From positions 448,001-512,000 of the forward strand of contig CP045477.1 in assembly GCA_009392915.1 (NCBI GenBank): a DNA stretch of 64,000 nucleotides. Direction: 5' to 3'. The stretch's first letter is position 1; each line of letters starts with the position of its first letter. The notes below the pieces were generated by a model that made no database searches, was not told the origin of the DNA, and was given only the letters and a program-made list of their open reading frames with translations. Origin of the DNA: Candidatus Forterrea multitransposorum CG_2015-17_Forterrea_25_41 (GTDB lineage Archaea; Iainarchaeota; Iainarchaeia; Iainarchaeales; CSSED10-239). Shown piece after piece: positions 1 to 10,211 of the stretch. The position numbers were made by a program, and so were the translations under genes.

Positions 1-1
1 T

Positions 2-133
2 TAATTCTTCAAGCATTTCTGTTGCATATTGTTTTAAGCCTTCAGGTATCTGTATAGCTAGAGGAGAATCTTTTTCTACAGCTAACTTTTCTTTTAATTT
101 TATTATTTCTTTTAATATTCTTTCTTCATACAT
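2..133 (-). CDS. partial small hypothetical protein (about 44 aa visible, MYEERILKEIIKLKEKLAVEKDSPLAIQIPEGLKQYATEMLEEL...); C-terminus runs off the window start
   Basis: Manual reverse-complement translation from ATG at 133-131; the frame stays open to position 2; not in the ORF track because it is truncated. Confidence 0.2.
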   Translation of the reverse strand, partial: MYEERILKEIIKLKEKLAVEKDSPLAIQIPEGLKQYATEMLEEL

Positions 134-309
134 ATAATTATCACTTTTTAATATATATTTAAGGGACAAAAATGTTTATAAATATATGATAATTAACTCA
201 TATATTCTTATACTGAAAGAATATTTTTAAGAAAGAAATAAATACTAAAATAATCTATATTATATAACACTTATAACAAAAAAATTAAAAAAAAAGAAAA
301 TGATAAACT

Positions 310-1395
310 ATGAAATCAATATTAATGATAATTACAATAATTTTAATATTCTTTGCAATATACTTTTTTGGACTTTATTTTTCAATAAACAAATTATATT
401 TTTATTTTAATATAAAGCCTCTTTTAAACCCATTAGTAATATCTTTAGTTATCTTTGGTTTAGTTTTTTTAAGTAATTTCTTGCAAGAAAAGTTTAGTAA
501 TTATTTAACACAAGGCCTATACAATGGTGCATATCTTTTATTTGCCTTAGCCTTGATGCTTGTTTTTGTAACTGTTATCTTAGAGGGAATAAAGTTTATC
601 TTTAAGATAAATATCTTAAACCAGACTTTTGGTTTTATAATAATTATAGTTACTTTATTGTTATTTATCTTTTCTTTTATAAATGCCTTAAGCTATAATC
701 AAAAGGAGATTGTTATTAAGAGTGATAAGATATTAGAAAATACAAAAATTATTCATTTATCAGACATTCATCTTTTTGGTATTAACTCTAAACATAGGTT
801 TGAAAATGTTTATAAAAAAGCAATTAAGAATAATCCAGACTATATTGTTATTACAGGAGATTTATTTGATAGACCAGGAAAAATATCTTTAGACACTTTA
901 GAGATTACAAATAAAAATAACATACCTGTTATCTATGCTCATGGAAACCATGACCTTATGTATGGAAAAGAAAAAGTTTTAGATATTTTAAAAGATAGTA
1001 AAGTTATAAATCTTGATACTGATATTTATATAGATGAACAAAGAAACATCACCTTTAGTGGTGTTAGGTATGATAGAGCAAATGACTTTTTAAAAAAAGA
1101 GCTTTCTAAAATAGAGATTGATGCAAATAATTATAATGTTTTATTATACCATGAACCAATTGATATTCCTGTAGCTTCTTCTAAAAAAATAGACTTAATG
1201 CTTTCAGGCCATACTCATGGTGGACAGGCTTTTCCAATAACTCTTTTAGTTAAAGCAATGTATCCTTACTATAGAGGACTTTATGAGTATCAAGATATGA
1301 AAATAATTGTAAGTCAAGGAACAAACTTTTGGGGTCCTAAAATACGTTTAGGAACAAGAAATGAGATAATAACTATTAAACTTGAGAAGATATGA
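310..1395 (+). CDS. membrane-anchored calcineurin-like metallophosphoesterase
   Basis: About 4 N-terminal TM helices followed by phosphoesterase motifs (IIHLSDIHL, VITGDLFDR, GNHD, LSGHTHGGQ). Confidence 0.6.
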   Translation: MKSILMIITIILIFFAIYFFGLYFSINKLYFYFNIKPLLNPLVISLVIFGLVFLSNFLQEKFSNYLTQGLYNGAYLLFALALMLVFVTVILEGIKFIFKINILNQTFGFIIIIVTLLLFIFSFINALSYNQKEIVIKSDKILENTKIIHLSDIHLFGINSKHRFENVYKKAIKNNPDYIVITGDLFDRPGKISLDTLEITNKNNIPVIYAHGNHDLMYGKEKVLDILKDSKVINLDTDIYIDEQRNITFSGVRYDRANDFLKKELSKIEIDANNYNVLLYHEPIDIPVASSKKIDLMLSGHTHGGQAFPITLLVKAMYPYYRGLYEYQDMKIIVSQGTNFWGPKIRLGTRNEIITIKLEKI

Positions 1396-1652
1396 ATGAA
1401 CATTTAACTGAAGTTAAAGATTATCCTAGAAGCTTAAAGGAACTTGCAAATGAGGTTGGTTTTCTAAGGTATAAAGAAACAGCTGAATTTTTAGAATATC
1501 TAAAAGAGAATATTAAGGAACAATCAATTGCTGATTTTAAAAAGGATAGAAAAAAGTTATCCCAAAGATTAGAAGAATGTTCTAAGCATTTAGAGAATGC
1601 AAGAAAAGAAATGGAAGAAGCTTGGAATATCTGCGAGCCTTATATGAAATAA
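1392..1652 (+). CDS. small coiled-coil hypothetical protein, translationally coupled (ATGA overlap) to the phosphoesterase
   Basis: ORF track; 4-nt overlap with the upstream gene; K/E-rich helical sequence. Confidence 0.3.
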   Translation: MNEHLTEVKDYPRSLKELANEVGFLRYKETAEFLEYLKENIKEQSIADFKKDRKKLSQRLEECSKHLENARKEMEEAWNICEPYMK

Positions 1653-1840
1653 TTTTAAAAGAGATTATCCAAATAATTTAACTAGTTCTTTTTTACTCAT
1701 TTTTTTAAAACCATATTTTTTAATATGTTTATTTTGAATATCATTAAGCTTTTGTATATATTCTTCTTTAGGAATAGTTTTAGACTTAATATTGTTTTTC
1801 ATAATTTACATCGGATACATATTATTTATTTTAATAAATT

Positions 1841-3403
1841 TTATTTTCTAATATCTTTCTTTCTTAAAAGCCTATTGTAAGTTATAGCAAACCTATGAGT
1901 CTCATCTCTTATCCTCTGTAAAAGCTTTAAAGCTTTTGATTTTCTTGAAAGCTTAAGAGGAATTAAATTATCTTCTAAAAAGATTTCTTCTTCTTTTTTT
2001 GCAAGAGAGATTAAATTTACTTTTTTATAAAGGTTTAAAGAATCAATTGCTTTCTTAGCAGAAGATAATTGCCCTTTTCCACCATCAATAACAATTAGAT
2101 CAGGAAAATCTTTACCTTCTTTTAAAAGTCTTAAATATCTTCTTTTAACAATCTCTTCAATTGCTAGAAAATCATTATTTCCTTCAAAAGATTTAATCTT
2201 AAATCTTCTATATTCTTTTTTATTTTCTCTTCCCTCTTTAAACTGAACCATAGAACCTACAGTAAACTTTCCTGAAAGATGAGAGATATCAAAACATTCA
2301 ATAACTTTTGGAATTTCTTTTAAAGATAAAGCATTTTTAAGTTCTTCTAAAGCAAAAGTGTTTTCTAAAAATTTAATCTCTATGTTCTTATATGCAAAAT
2401 CTAGAAGTTCTTTTTTTTCTCCAGTCTTTGGAACTATTAATTTTATTTTTTTATTTTTCTTTTTAAAATAATCAATAGTTGATTGTTCTGGAAGATAAGG
2501 TAAAATTATTTCAAGAGATTCTTTCTTTTCTAAATATTTATCTAAAATAAAATCATCTAAAATAGTTTCTTCTTCAAAAACATCTAAAGTATATTCTCTT
2601 TTGTTAACTAAGATTCCTTTTGAAATATTAAATATTACAAAATAAGCTTTATTCTTATGTAAAATATAATTAACTAAATCTTGATTATATGTTTTTGTTT
2701 TTTCAACATTTTGTTTTAAAGATAAATAATCAATGGCATTTATCTGATCTCTTAAAACTAAAGCAGACTCAAAATTATTTTCTTTTGAAAAAAATTCCAT
2801 TCTCTCTTTTAAACTTTTTAAAACATCTTCAGTTTTTCCTTTTAAAAGAGAAGAGATTGTTTCAATAGTTTGAAGATATTCTTCTTTTGATATTTTATTT
2901 ATGCAAGGAGCAGAACATTGTCCTATATGGTATCTTATACAAGGTGTTTTAGGTAAAGTTTTACATGTTCTTAGTTTAAAATATTTATTTATATATTTTA
3001 AAAGATTATCTCGTTTTTCAGCAGAAGTAAATGGTCCAAAAGCTATTTGATAATCTTTTGGTTTTTCTCTTAAAATAAATAATCTTGGGAAAGCTTCTTT
3101 GGTTAAGGAAAGATAAGAGTATTCTTTTGAGTCTTTAAAGATGATGTTGTACCTTGGTTTATGCTTCTTAATTAAATTGTTTTCTAAAAGAAGTGCCTCA
3201 AGTTCGTTTTTTGTAACTATAAAGTCAATTGAGGAGATGTTTTCAACTAAAGCCCTAGTCTTTGGGTCTAAATCTTCTTTTGTAAAGTAACTTGTAACTC
3301 TTTTTTTTAAGTTTTTAGCTTTACCTATATAGATTATCATGTTATTTTTATCTTTATAAAGATAACAACCAGGTTCTATAGGTATTTTTGATAGGTCAAG
3401 CAT
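1841..3403 (-). CDS. uvrC: excinuclease ABC subunit C (UvrC), short form lacking the C-terminal (HhH)2 domain
   Basis: N-terminal GIY-YIG (CYLYKDKNNMIIYIGKAKNLKKRVTSY), UvrB-interaction region and C-terminal RNase H-like endonuclease motif (DETHRFAITYNR); 520 aa ends right after that motif. Confidence 0.8.
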   Translation of the reverse strand: MLDLSKIPIEPGCYLYKDKNNMIIYIGKAKNLKKRVTSYFTKEDLDPKTRALVENISSIDFIVTKNELEALLLENNLIKKHKPRYNIIFKDSKEYSYLSLTKEAFPRLFILREKPKDYQIAFGPFTSAEKRDNLLKYINKYFKLRTCKTLPKTPCIRYHIGQCSAPCINKISKEEYLQTIETISSLLKGKTEDVLKSLKERMEFFSKENNFESALVLRDQINAIDYLSLKQNVEKTKTYNQDLVNYILHKNKAYFVIFNISKGILVNKREYTLDVFEEETILDDFILDKYLEKKESLEIILPYLPEQSTIDYFKKKNKKIKLIVPKTGEKKELLDFAYKNIEIKFLENTFALEELKNALSLKEIPKVIECFDISHLSGKFTVGSMVQFKEGRENKKEYRRFKIKSFEGNNDFLAIEEIVKRRYLRLLKEGKDFPDLIVIDGGKGQLSSAKKAIDSLNLYKKVNLISLAKKEEEIFLEDNLIPLKLSRKSKALKLLQRIRDETHRFAITYNRLLRKKDIRK

Positions 3404-3437
3404 AAATATATAGTTAAGAGAAACATTATAAAAATAG

Positions 3438-4541
3438 TTATCTTGGTCTTTTTGGTCTCTTTATCATTGGGTAACCTTTTGAAGGTTTAATTCTTTTAAG
3501 TTTAAAATCTTTAGAAAATAATCTTTTAAGAAAGCTTTCTTTTTTAACTTTTTGTTTTTCTTTTTTTATTTTTTCTACTTTGTTATTTTCACTAACTTTT
3601 TCTTTTTTAACTTCTTCTTTTGGTCTTAATAATCTTAAATCTTTTTCTTTAATATCTAAAACTTTTTTATTTTTTGTTTTTCCTAAAAGATAATTAATTT
3701 CAATATAAAGACCAGCTTTATTTCTATTTGAAACATTTCTATGAAGATATAGTTCTAATTTTTCATTAGGTGCATAATAAAGAGCATAATTTCCAAAAGG
3801 AATCATTTTTCCATTTTTAGTATGTTCAAAACCAAATTGAACCATAGGCATAAATAAAACTTTTCCTTCTTTTATTTGTGTATGCCCTTGAATGGATAAA
3901 AATTGAGAGGATCTATTATTAGTGTATTTAAGACCAGAAGAATAAACTCCTTCTTGAAATTTAAAATCTAAAATTCCTTCATAACTTGTAATTTTTCCTT
4001 GATCTATTTTTATTGATGCTCCAGCACCTATTTTTTTAGAAGTAACTGAAGATTGTAAAGAGGTTTTATCTAAAGGTTTAATATCTTTTAAAACAAAATT
4101 TGAAATTTCTTTTGAAAAACCAAGTCTTACATCTAAAGGTGTTTTTAAAAGTTTTGATAAATAAAGAGTTGAATAGATTCTTGCAAAAGTTAACTCTGGA
4201 ACTAATTTTCCATTTAAATAAAGATTATTTTTCCCAACTTCAACTGCAAAATTATATTGATTATCTTTTTTAAATTTTTTTCCAAATCTATATTCAAATG
4301 CTTGTTCTATAAATTTTTTAGAAGAAGAATCTGCTTCAAAACCATATGTTTTTGAAGAAAAAACATGTCCTTCTTTATAGATTGTAGGATATAGTTCAGT
4401 TGGGCTTATAAACTGTAAAGATTGAGCAGATATTTTTTGAGAACCAACTATAAGAGATCCAGAAACAGCTAAAGCTGTTAAAATTTTCTTTGGATCTTTT
4501 AAAAAAGATTTAATAAATGTAACTGGTTCTTTAAATTGCAT
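3438..4541 (-). CDS. secreted hypothetical protein (signal peptide, beta-rich, Lys-rich C-terminal tail)
   Basis: N-terminal hydrophobic signal-like segment (ILTALAVSGSLIVGSQKISAQS), alternating hydrophobic pattern, KKEK-rich C-terminus. Confidence 0.35.
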   Translation of the reverse strand: MQFKEPVTFIKSFLKDPKKILTALAVSGSLIVGSQKISAQSLQFISPTELYPTIYKEGHVFSSKTYGFEADSSSKKFIEQAFEYRFGKKFKKDNQYNFAVEVGKNNLYLNGKLVPELTFARIYSTLYLSKLLKTPLDVRLGFSKEISNFVLKDIKPLDKTSLQSSVTSKKIGAGASIKIDQGKITSYEGILDFKFQEGVYSSGLKYTNNRSSQFLSIQGHTQIKEGKVLFMPMVQFGFEHTKNGKMIPFGNYALYYAPNEKLELYLHRNVSNRNKAGLYIEINYLLGKTKNKKVLDIKEKDLRLLRPKEEVKKEKVSENNKVEKIKKEKQKVKKESFLKRLFSKDFKLKRIKPSKGYPMIKRPKRPR

Positions 4542-4724
4542 GATTAATTACTTATTTATATATTATATATAATATATAGAAACAGACATTTAAATATTTA
4601 ATGCTTTATTTTATTAAAAAATAGATATAAATCTTCAAAAATATAATAAATTTAGAAAAAAATAAGAATCAAAACCTTTAAACACTTTCTTACATAATAT
4701 AGTTATTAAGAAAAATTTAGAAGA

Positions 4725-5324
4725 ATGATAATTATGAAAAAAATTAAAGAAAAATTTAACCTAAAACATGAAACTAAAAAACATACGTTAAGAAAATTCA
4801 TTCTAGTTTTTTTAGTATTAATTACATATTTTTTAATAACTTCTTTAAAAATTGGTTTTAAAGAAGGAATTTCAATAACATTATTAACATGGTCTTTTTT
4901 TGTTTTGTCAACTCCGATTGCAGATGCTGGTTTTTTATTAGATTTTCCAATAAGATTAATTACAAAATTAAGAATGGTTTATTCAGAAATAATTGTATGG
5001 GTAATTGCAATAGCTTTAAATATTTTTTATTTTTTTACAAATCCTGAAAGTTATAATCAAACCATACTTCTATCTCTATTTAAACAAATATTATCTCAAC
5101 CATACCCTCTATGGATAATAATTATTCTATCGGGAATAGGAACTTTTCTATCAATAATATTTTTTGATGAACTAATGGATGTTAAGTATCATAAACATAG
5201 AAAAAAATATCACAAACACATTAGTAAATATCAATATATATTATTTGTATTCATTATTCTCTTAATAATTACAATATACTACTTTGTAATCAAACAACTA
5301 GGTATAAATATTCCTTTATTTTAA
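4725..5324 (+). CDS. polytopic membrane protein, unknown function
   Basis: About 5 predicted TM helices; no recognisable motif. Confidence 0.35.
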   Translation: MIIMKKIKEKFNLKHETKKHTLRKFILVFLVLITYFLITSLKIGFKEGISITLLTWSFFVLSTPIADAGFLLDFPIRLITKLRMVYSEIIVWVIAIALNIFYFFTNPESYNQTILLSLFKQILSQPYPLWIIIILSGIGTFLSIIFFDELMDVKYHKHRKKYHKHISKYQYILFVFIILLIITIYYFVIKQLGINIPLF

Positions 5325-5327
5325 AAA

Positions 5328-8150
5328 TTAAGAGAAAAGAGGTTTAAGATACTTTCCAGTATAACTTTTCTTTTCTTTTAAAATTTCTTTTACAGGGCCT
5401 TCAAAGATTATCTCTCCACCTTCATCTCCACCCTCAGGACCTAAATCAATTATCCAATCAGAAGCTTTAATAACATCTAAATTATGTTCAATTACTAAAA
5501 CACTGTTTCCCTTGTCAACAAGTTTATTTAAAACTTCAATTAATTTTTTAACATCATGGAAGTGAAGTCCAGTTGTAGGTTCGTCCAACAAATAAAGAGT
5601 CTTACCAGTATCTCTTTTAGATAACTCTTTTGTAATTTTTATTCTTTGTGCTTCTCCACCAGATAAAGTTACAGAACTTTGTCCAAGCTTAATGTATGAA
5701 AGACCAACATCCATTAATGTTTTTAATTTTCTTTTAAGAGAAGGTATATTTTCAAAGAAAGTATAAGCTTCTTCAACTGACATATCTAAAACATCAGCAA
5801 TTGATTTTCCTTTATATTTTACATCTAAAGTTTCATGGTTATATCTTTTACCTTTACATTCTTCACAATCAACATAAATATCAGGCAAGAAATTCATTTC
5901 AATCTTAATTTGTCCATCTCCAGAACATGCTTCACATCTTCCACCCTTAACATTAAAAGAAAATCTTCCTTGATCATACCCTCTTATTTTTGCTTCTTGA
6001 GTTTGTGCGAAAAGACTTCTGATATCATCAAAGACTTTTGTATATGTTGCAGGATTTGATCTAGGAGTTCTTCCAATAGGAGATTGATCAATAGAAATTA
6101 CTTTATCTATTTTATCTTTATAAATAATTTCTTTATGCTTACCAGGACTTTCTTTAGATTTATAAATATCATTCATTAGTTGTTTATATAAAATATCATA
6201 AATTAAAGTTGATTTTCCTGAACCTGAAACACCAGTAACAGAAGTTAAAACACCAGTTGGTATTTTTACAAAAATATTTTTTAAATTATTTTCTTCAGCT
6301 CCAACAATTTCTATAAAGTCTTTTGGTTTTCTAGTTTCTTTTTTAATTTCAACTTTAAGTTCTTTTGACAAATATTTTCCTGTTAAAGAATTTTTATCAT
6401 TTAAAATTTCTTTAGGAGTTCCTTTTGAAACTATATAACCTCCATGAACACCAGCTCCAGGACCAATATCAATTACATAATCTGCTTTTAAAATAGTTTC
6501 ATCATCATGTTCAACAACAATTACAGTGTTACCTAAATCTCTTAGTTTAAATAAAGTTTCAATTAATTTTTCATTATCTCTTTGGTGAAGTCCAATAGAT
6601 GGTTCGTCCAAGATATATAACACACCTGTAAGGTTAGTTCCTAAGTTGGTTGCAAGTCTTATTCTTTGTGCTTCTCCACCTGAAAGAGTTCCTGCCTTTC
6701 TTGAAAGAGTTAAATATCCTAAACCAACTTTTTCTAAAAATTCTAAACGAGAATTAATTTCTTTTAAAATATGTTTTGCAATTTCTTCTTGTTTTTTTGT
6801 AAGCTTTAAATTTTTAAAAAACAAAATTGCATTATTAACAGACATATCAGTAATATCAATAATTGATTTTCCAGAAATTTTAACAGCTAAGACTTTTCTT
6901 TTAAGTCTTTTTCCATGACATTTAGGACATGGTAAAGTTTTCATATATTTTTCCATTTCTTGTTTTCTATAATCAGACTCTGTTTGATGATAAAGTCTTT
7001 CTGTTTGTGGAATTAAACCCTCCCATACACCACTATATGAAAAGTTAGAAGTTCCATTCTTTCCAGAAAGATTAAAATCAATTGGATTTTCAGAACCATA
7101 CATTAAGATATTATATTGTTTTTTTGTAAAATCCTTAATTGGCATTAAAGGAGTAAAACCATATCTTCTTCCAACAGCACTTAAATGTTGTCCTCTCCAT
7201 CCATCAACAGCATTTCTATAAACAGCAATTGCACCATCTGCAATTGATTTTTCTTTATCAGGAATAATTAAATCAGGATCAAAAATCATTTTAATTCCAA
7301 GACCAGAACACTCTTCACAAGCACCAAATGGAGCATTAAAAGAAAACATCCTAGGTTCAAGTTCTTCAAAGGAAAGACCACATATAGGGCATGCCATTTT
7401 TGAAGAATATATTTGTTCTCTTTTTTCTTTTTGAGAATATATTTTTACAAGTCCATCAGGAGATTTTTTAATAGCATTTGTAACTGCTTCTATAAGTCTT
7501 GATTTTTCTTTTTCTTCAGAAGATATTTTATCAATAACTATTTCAATATCATGTTTTTTATATCTATCTAAAGTTATTGTTTCATCAGTTCTTTTTATTT
7601 CTCCATTAACTCTAACTTTAGTATATCCTTCTTTGTTTAGTTCTTCAAAAACTCTTTCATAAGTTCCTTTTTTTTGTCTAATGATTGGTGAAAGAATAAT
7701 TATTTCATCTTTAAAAGAATCTAAAATATTTTCTGTTAGCTTTTGAGGAGATTGATTTTCTATTTTTTGAGAAGGATGATCAGGACAAAAAGGAGTTCCA
7801 ACTCTTGCATATAATAATCTTAAATAATCATAAACTTCAGTAACTGTTCCAACAGTTGATCTTGGATTTTTAGAAGTTGTTTTTTGTTCAATTGAAATTG
7901 CTGGAGATAAACCATCTATAGAATCTACATCTGGTTTTTTCATCATCCCTAAAAATTGTCTTGCATATGCAGAAAGTGATTCAACATACCTTCTTTGCCC
8001 TTCAGCATAAATAGTATCAAAAGCTAAAGTTGATTTTCCTGAACCTGAAAGACCAGTAATAACAACTAATTTATCTTTTGGTATATTTATATCTATATTT
8101 TTTAGATTGTGCTCTCTTGCACCCTTAATAATAATATCTTTTAATGCCAT
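5328..8150 (-). CDS. uvrA: excinuclease ABC subunit A (UvrA)
   Basis: Two ABC ATPase modules ([10 protein letters not shown] and [10 protein letters not shown] Walker A; LSGGEAQRI signatures twice), Zn-finger CxxC pairs, 940 aa. Confidence 0.92.
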   Translation of the reverse strand: MALKDIIIKGAREHNLKNIDINIPKDKLVVITGLSGSGKSTLAFDTIYAEGQRRYVESLSAYARQFLGMMKKPDVDSIDGLSPAISIEQKTTSKNPRSTVGTVTEVYDYLRLLYARVGTPFCPDHPSQKIENQSPQKLTENILDSFKDEIIILSPIIRQKKGTYERVFEELNKEGYTKVRVNGEIKRTDETITLDRYKKHDIEIVIDKISSEEKEKSRLIEAVTNAIKKSPDGLVKIYSQKEKREQIYSSKMACPICGLSFEELEPRMFSFNAPFGACEECSGLGIKMIFDPDLIIPDKEKSIADGAIAVYRNAVDGWRGQHLSAVGRRYGFTPLMPIKDFTKKQYNILMYGSENPIDFNLSGKNGTSNFSYSGVWEGLIPQTERLYHQTESDYRKQEMEKYMKTLPCPKCHGKRLKRKVLAVKISGKSIIDITDMSVNNAILFFKNLKLTKKQEEIAKHILKEINSRLEFLEKVGLGYLTLSRKAGTLSGGEAQRIRLATNLGTNLTGVLYILDEPSIGLHQRDNEKLIETLFKLRDLGNTVIVVEHDDETILKADYVIDIGPGAGVHGGYIVSKGTPKEILNDKNSLTGKYLSKELKVEIKKETRKPKDFIEIVGAEENNLKNIFVKIPTGVLTSVTGVSGSGKSTLIYDILYKQLMNDIYKSKESPGKHKEIIYKDKIDKVISIDQSPIGRTPRSNPATYTKVFDDIRSLFAQTQEAKIRGYDQGRFSFNVKGGRCEACSGDGQIKIEMNFLPDIYVDCEECKGKRYNHETLDVKYKGKSIADVLDMSVEEAYTFFENIPSLKRKLKTLMDVGLSYIKLGQSSVTLSGGEAQRIKITKELSKRDTGKTLYLLDEPTTGLHFHDVKKLIEVLNKLVDKGNSVLVIEHNLDVIKASDWIIDLGPEGGDEGGEIIFEGPVKEILKEKKSYTGKYLKPLFS

Positions 8151-8510
8151 GAATTATCTTTCTTTTTAGCTTTAAGTATTTTTATAAAATAAATATAAAT
8201 ATGATTTTTAAATCATATAAAAGTAGTAATATAATATAGAGAGAAAATATTTATAAAAGGATGCAAGGTGCCTGGCCAATAAAGAAAATAAGAAGTTTTA
8301 AAGAAAATCTTTAACTTAAAAGGAGTAGATAAACCCAATAATACATATAAAATTAAAAAATAAGCATAAAATACACTTAAAACCTAAAATATACTAAAAG
8401 TTAACTATTTATTATGTAGTGAATATTTAAAATAAGGTATAAAGATTTATAAAGAGAAAAATACTATTTAAAATATTAAAAGTTTAACAATAAAAATAGA
8501 AAACTATTAA

Positions 8511-8776
8511 GTGTACAGGCACTTACTGGTCGAAAAACAGTTCAAGAAAACATTTAGCTTTATAAAATCTCAAGTCCGCAACCCAAAAAGCATCAAACAC
8601 TTAGGATACTGCTGCTTCCTTCCGGATCTGACAGGGTTTACTAAGATATTCGATCTTAATGGACGAACCGTCAGCAATTTTACAAAGAGTGCCTCCTTGC
8701 TTATTTGCCTTCCAGTAATAATCACTCCGGCTATGTAGATTTCCGGTAACAGGAGACTACAACCCCCCCAGCTAGC
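8511..8776 (-). ncRNA. ffs: signal recognition particle RNA (archaeal 7S-type)
   Basis: GC-rich island in AT-rich DNA; the minus strand carries the universal SRP helix-8 motif CUGUCAGAUCCGGAAGGAAGCAGCAG (compare E. coli 4.5S GUCAGGUCCGGAAGGAAGCAGC with a GGAA tetraloop); length about 270 nt fits archaeal 7S; the ends are approximate. Confidence 0.7.
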
Positions 8777-8884
8777 CTATACAAGTAATTAAAGTGACGA
8801 TACATTTAAAAACACTTTGGACAATATATATAACATAAAAATAATGTATTAATTCACTAAAAAACAAAAAAAGGTGTGTTAATA

Positions 8885-8936
8885 CCTTATATACAAAAAA
8901 GAAGCTTAATTTAAGCTTATTTTAATAATGAGGTGG
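8885..8936 (+). promoter_or_regulatory. ftsZ promoter region: TATA-like box (TTATATAC, 8887-8894), inverted repeat AAGCTTAA-T-TTAAGCTT (8902-8918), SD GAGGTGG (8930-8936)
   Basis: Read directly from the sequence upstream of ftsZ. Confidence 0.45.
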
Positions 8937-8941
8937 ATTGG

Positions 8942-10054
8942 ATGAGATCAATTGTATCAAATGCAGTAGAGCACAAATCTGCAGCTGCTGAGAACATAAA
9001 CGTTAAAGACAGCGAATTTGCAGCCCCAAAGATCATGGTTATGGGAATTGGTGGTGCAGGAAATAATTCTGTAAATAGAATCTGTGCAATGGGTGTTGCA
9101 GGTGCACAACTTGTAGCTATTAACACAGATAGACAACACTTAGGTATCATTTCAGATGATATAACAAAATTATTAATTGGAAAATCAGTAACTAATGGTT
9201 TAGGTGCTGGTGCATACCCTGAAATAGGTGCAAAAGCAGCAGAAGTTTCAAAAGCAGCATTAGAAGAAATCTTAGATGGTGTTGACATGCTTTTCATTAC
9301 TGCCGGAATGGGTGGTGGAACAGGAACAGGTGCAGCTCCAGTAGTAGCTCAAATAGCAAAACAACAAGGTGCAATTGTAATGTGTATAGTAACTTATCCT
9401 TTCGCACTTGAAAGAGCACGTTTAATTAAAGCAGAAGAAGGAATTGACCTTTTAAAAGATATTTGTGACACAGTTGTTGTTATTGATAACAATAGACTTG
9501 TTGAATTAGTTCCAAACCTTCCAATGCAAGATGCTTTCAGAGTAGCTGATGAAGTAATTGCAAGAACAGTAAGAGGAATTACAGAAACAATTACTCAACC
9601 TTCATTAATCAACCTTGATTACGCAGACATAAGAACAGTAATGGGTGGTAAAGGATTATCAGTTATCGCTGTTGGTGAATCACAATCTGTTAACAAAGTT
9701 GAAGAAGTTGTTGAAGACACATTAAAGAATGCTCTTTTAGATGTTGATATAACTGGTGCAACAGGTTGTTTAATCCATATTACAGGTGGAACTGAATTAA
9801 CTTTAGGTGAAGCTAACGCTGTTGGTGAAATGTTAACTGACCAAACAGATTCAAATGCAGCTGTTATCTGGGGTGCAAGAATTGATCCTACTTTTGAGAA
9901 TAAAATAGAAGTAATTGCTATTTTCACAGGTGTAAAATCACCATTCATCAAAGGAAGTAAAATGTTTAGAGGAAAAGATTCACCACAAAGCTACAACGGA
10001 AGTGGCAAAGGTGGAAGATCTTACGATGACAACTATGGATTAGATGTTTTATAA
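8942..10054 (+). CDS. ftsZ: cell division GTPase FtsZ (the track start 8933 is a GTG inside the SD; the ATG at 8942 is preferred)
   Basis: Tubulin/FtsZ signature GGGTGTG (MGGGTGTGAAPVVAQ) and an N-terminal GIGGAGNN motif; GC content clearly above the local average. Confidence 0.9.
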   Translation: MRSIVSNAVEHKSAAAENINVKDSEFAAPKIMVMGIGGAGNNSVNRICAMGVAGAQLVAINTDRQHLGIISDDITKLLIGKSVTNGLGAGAYPEIGAKAAEVSKAALEEILDGVDMLFITAGMGGGTGTGAAPVVAQIAKQQGAIVMCIVTYPFALERARLIKAEEGIDLLKDICDTVVVIDNNRLVELVPNLPMQDAFRVADEVIARTVRGITETITQPSLINLDYADIRTVMGGKGLSVIAVGESQSVNKVEEVVEDTLKNALLDVDITGATGCLIHITGGTELTLGEANAVGEMLTDQTDSNAAVIWGARIDPTFENKIEVIAIFTGVKSPFIKGSKMFRGKDSPQSYNGSGKGGRSYDDNYGLDVL

Positions 10055-10211
10055 GTAAAACATCTTTTCCTTTTTTTCTTTTTTTTATTATTTTTCTATT
10101 TCTTTAAAACACAACAATTTTTTATAAAAATACACTATTTTTATACATTTCTTTACACTATTATATTAGTACTTTTAACAAAAATTACAAAAAAAAGGAG
10201 TTTGAAAACAA

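Noticed and set aside
3438-4541. Possible bacterial outer-membrane beta-barrel, raising the idea that the contig is bacterial
   Set aside because: The rest of the window (L10e, NMD3, aCPSF, Trm14, 7S RNA, class III signal peptides) is decisively archaeal. An alternating hydrophobic pattern alone is insufficient, so kept as a secreted hypothetical.
5835-6918. Two short plus-strand ORFs (74 and 90 aa) inside uvrA
   Set aside because: Antisense to a strongly supported 940-aa UvrA gene; low-complexity translation; no RBS.
8511-8738. 75-aa plus-strand ORF in the ORF track
   Set aside because: Lies entirely within the GC-rich SRP RNA gene on the opposite strand; no start context; spurious.
8505-8780. 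RNase P RNA as an alternative identity for the GC-rich structured element
   Set aside because: A superficial ACAGGGUUUACU resemblance to CR-V on the plus strand. The minus strand carries a near-exact SRP helix-8 motif, which is far more diagnostic. No P4 GGAAAGUCCGG motif.
8917-9951. Minus-strand ORFs of 126, 60 and 110 aa overlapping ftsZ
   Set aside because: Antisense to FtsZ in its GC-rich region, where random ORFs are longer; no motifs.
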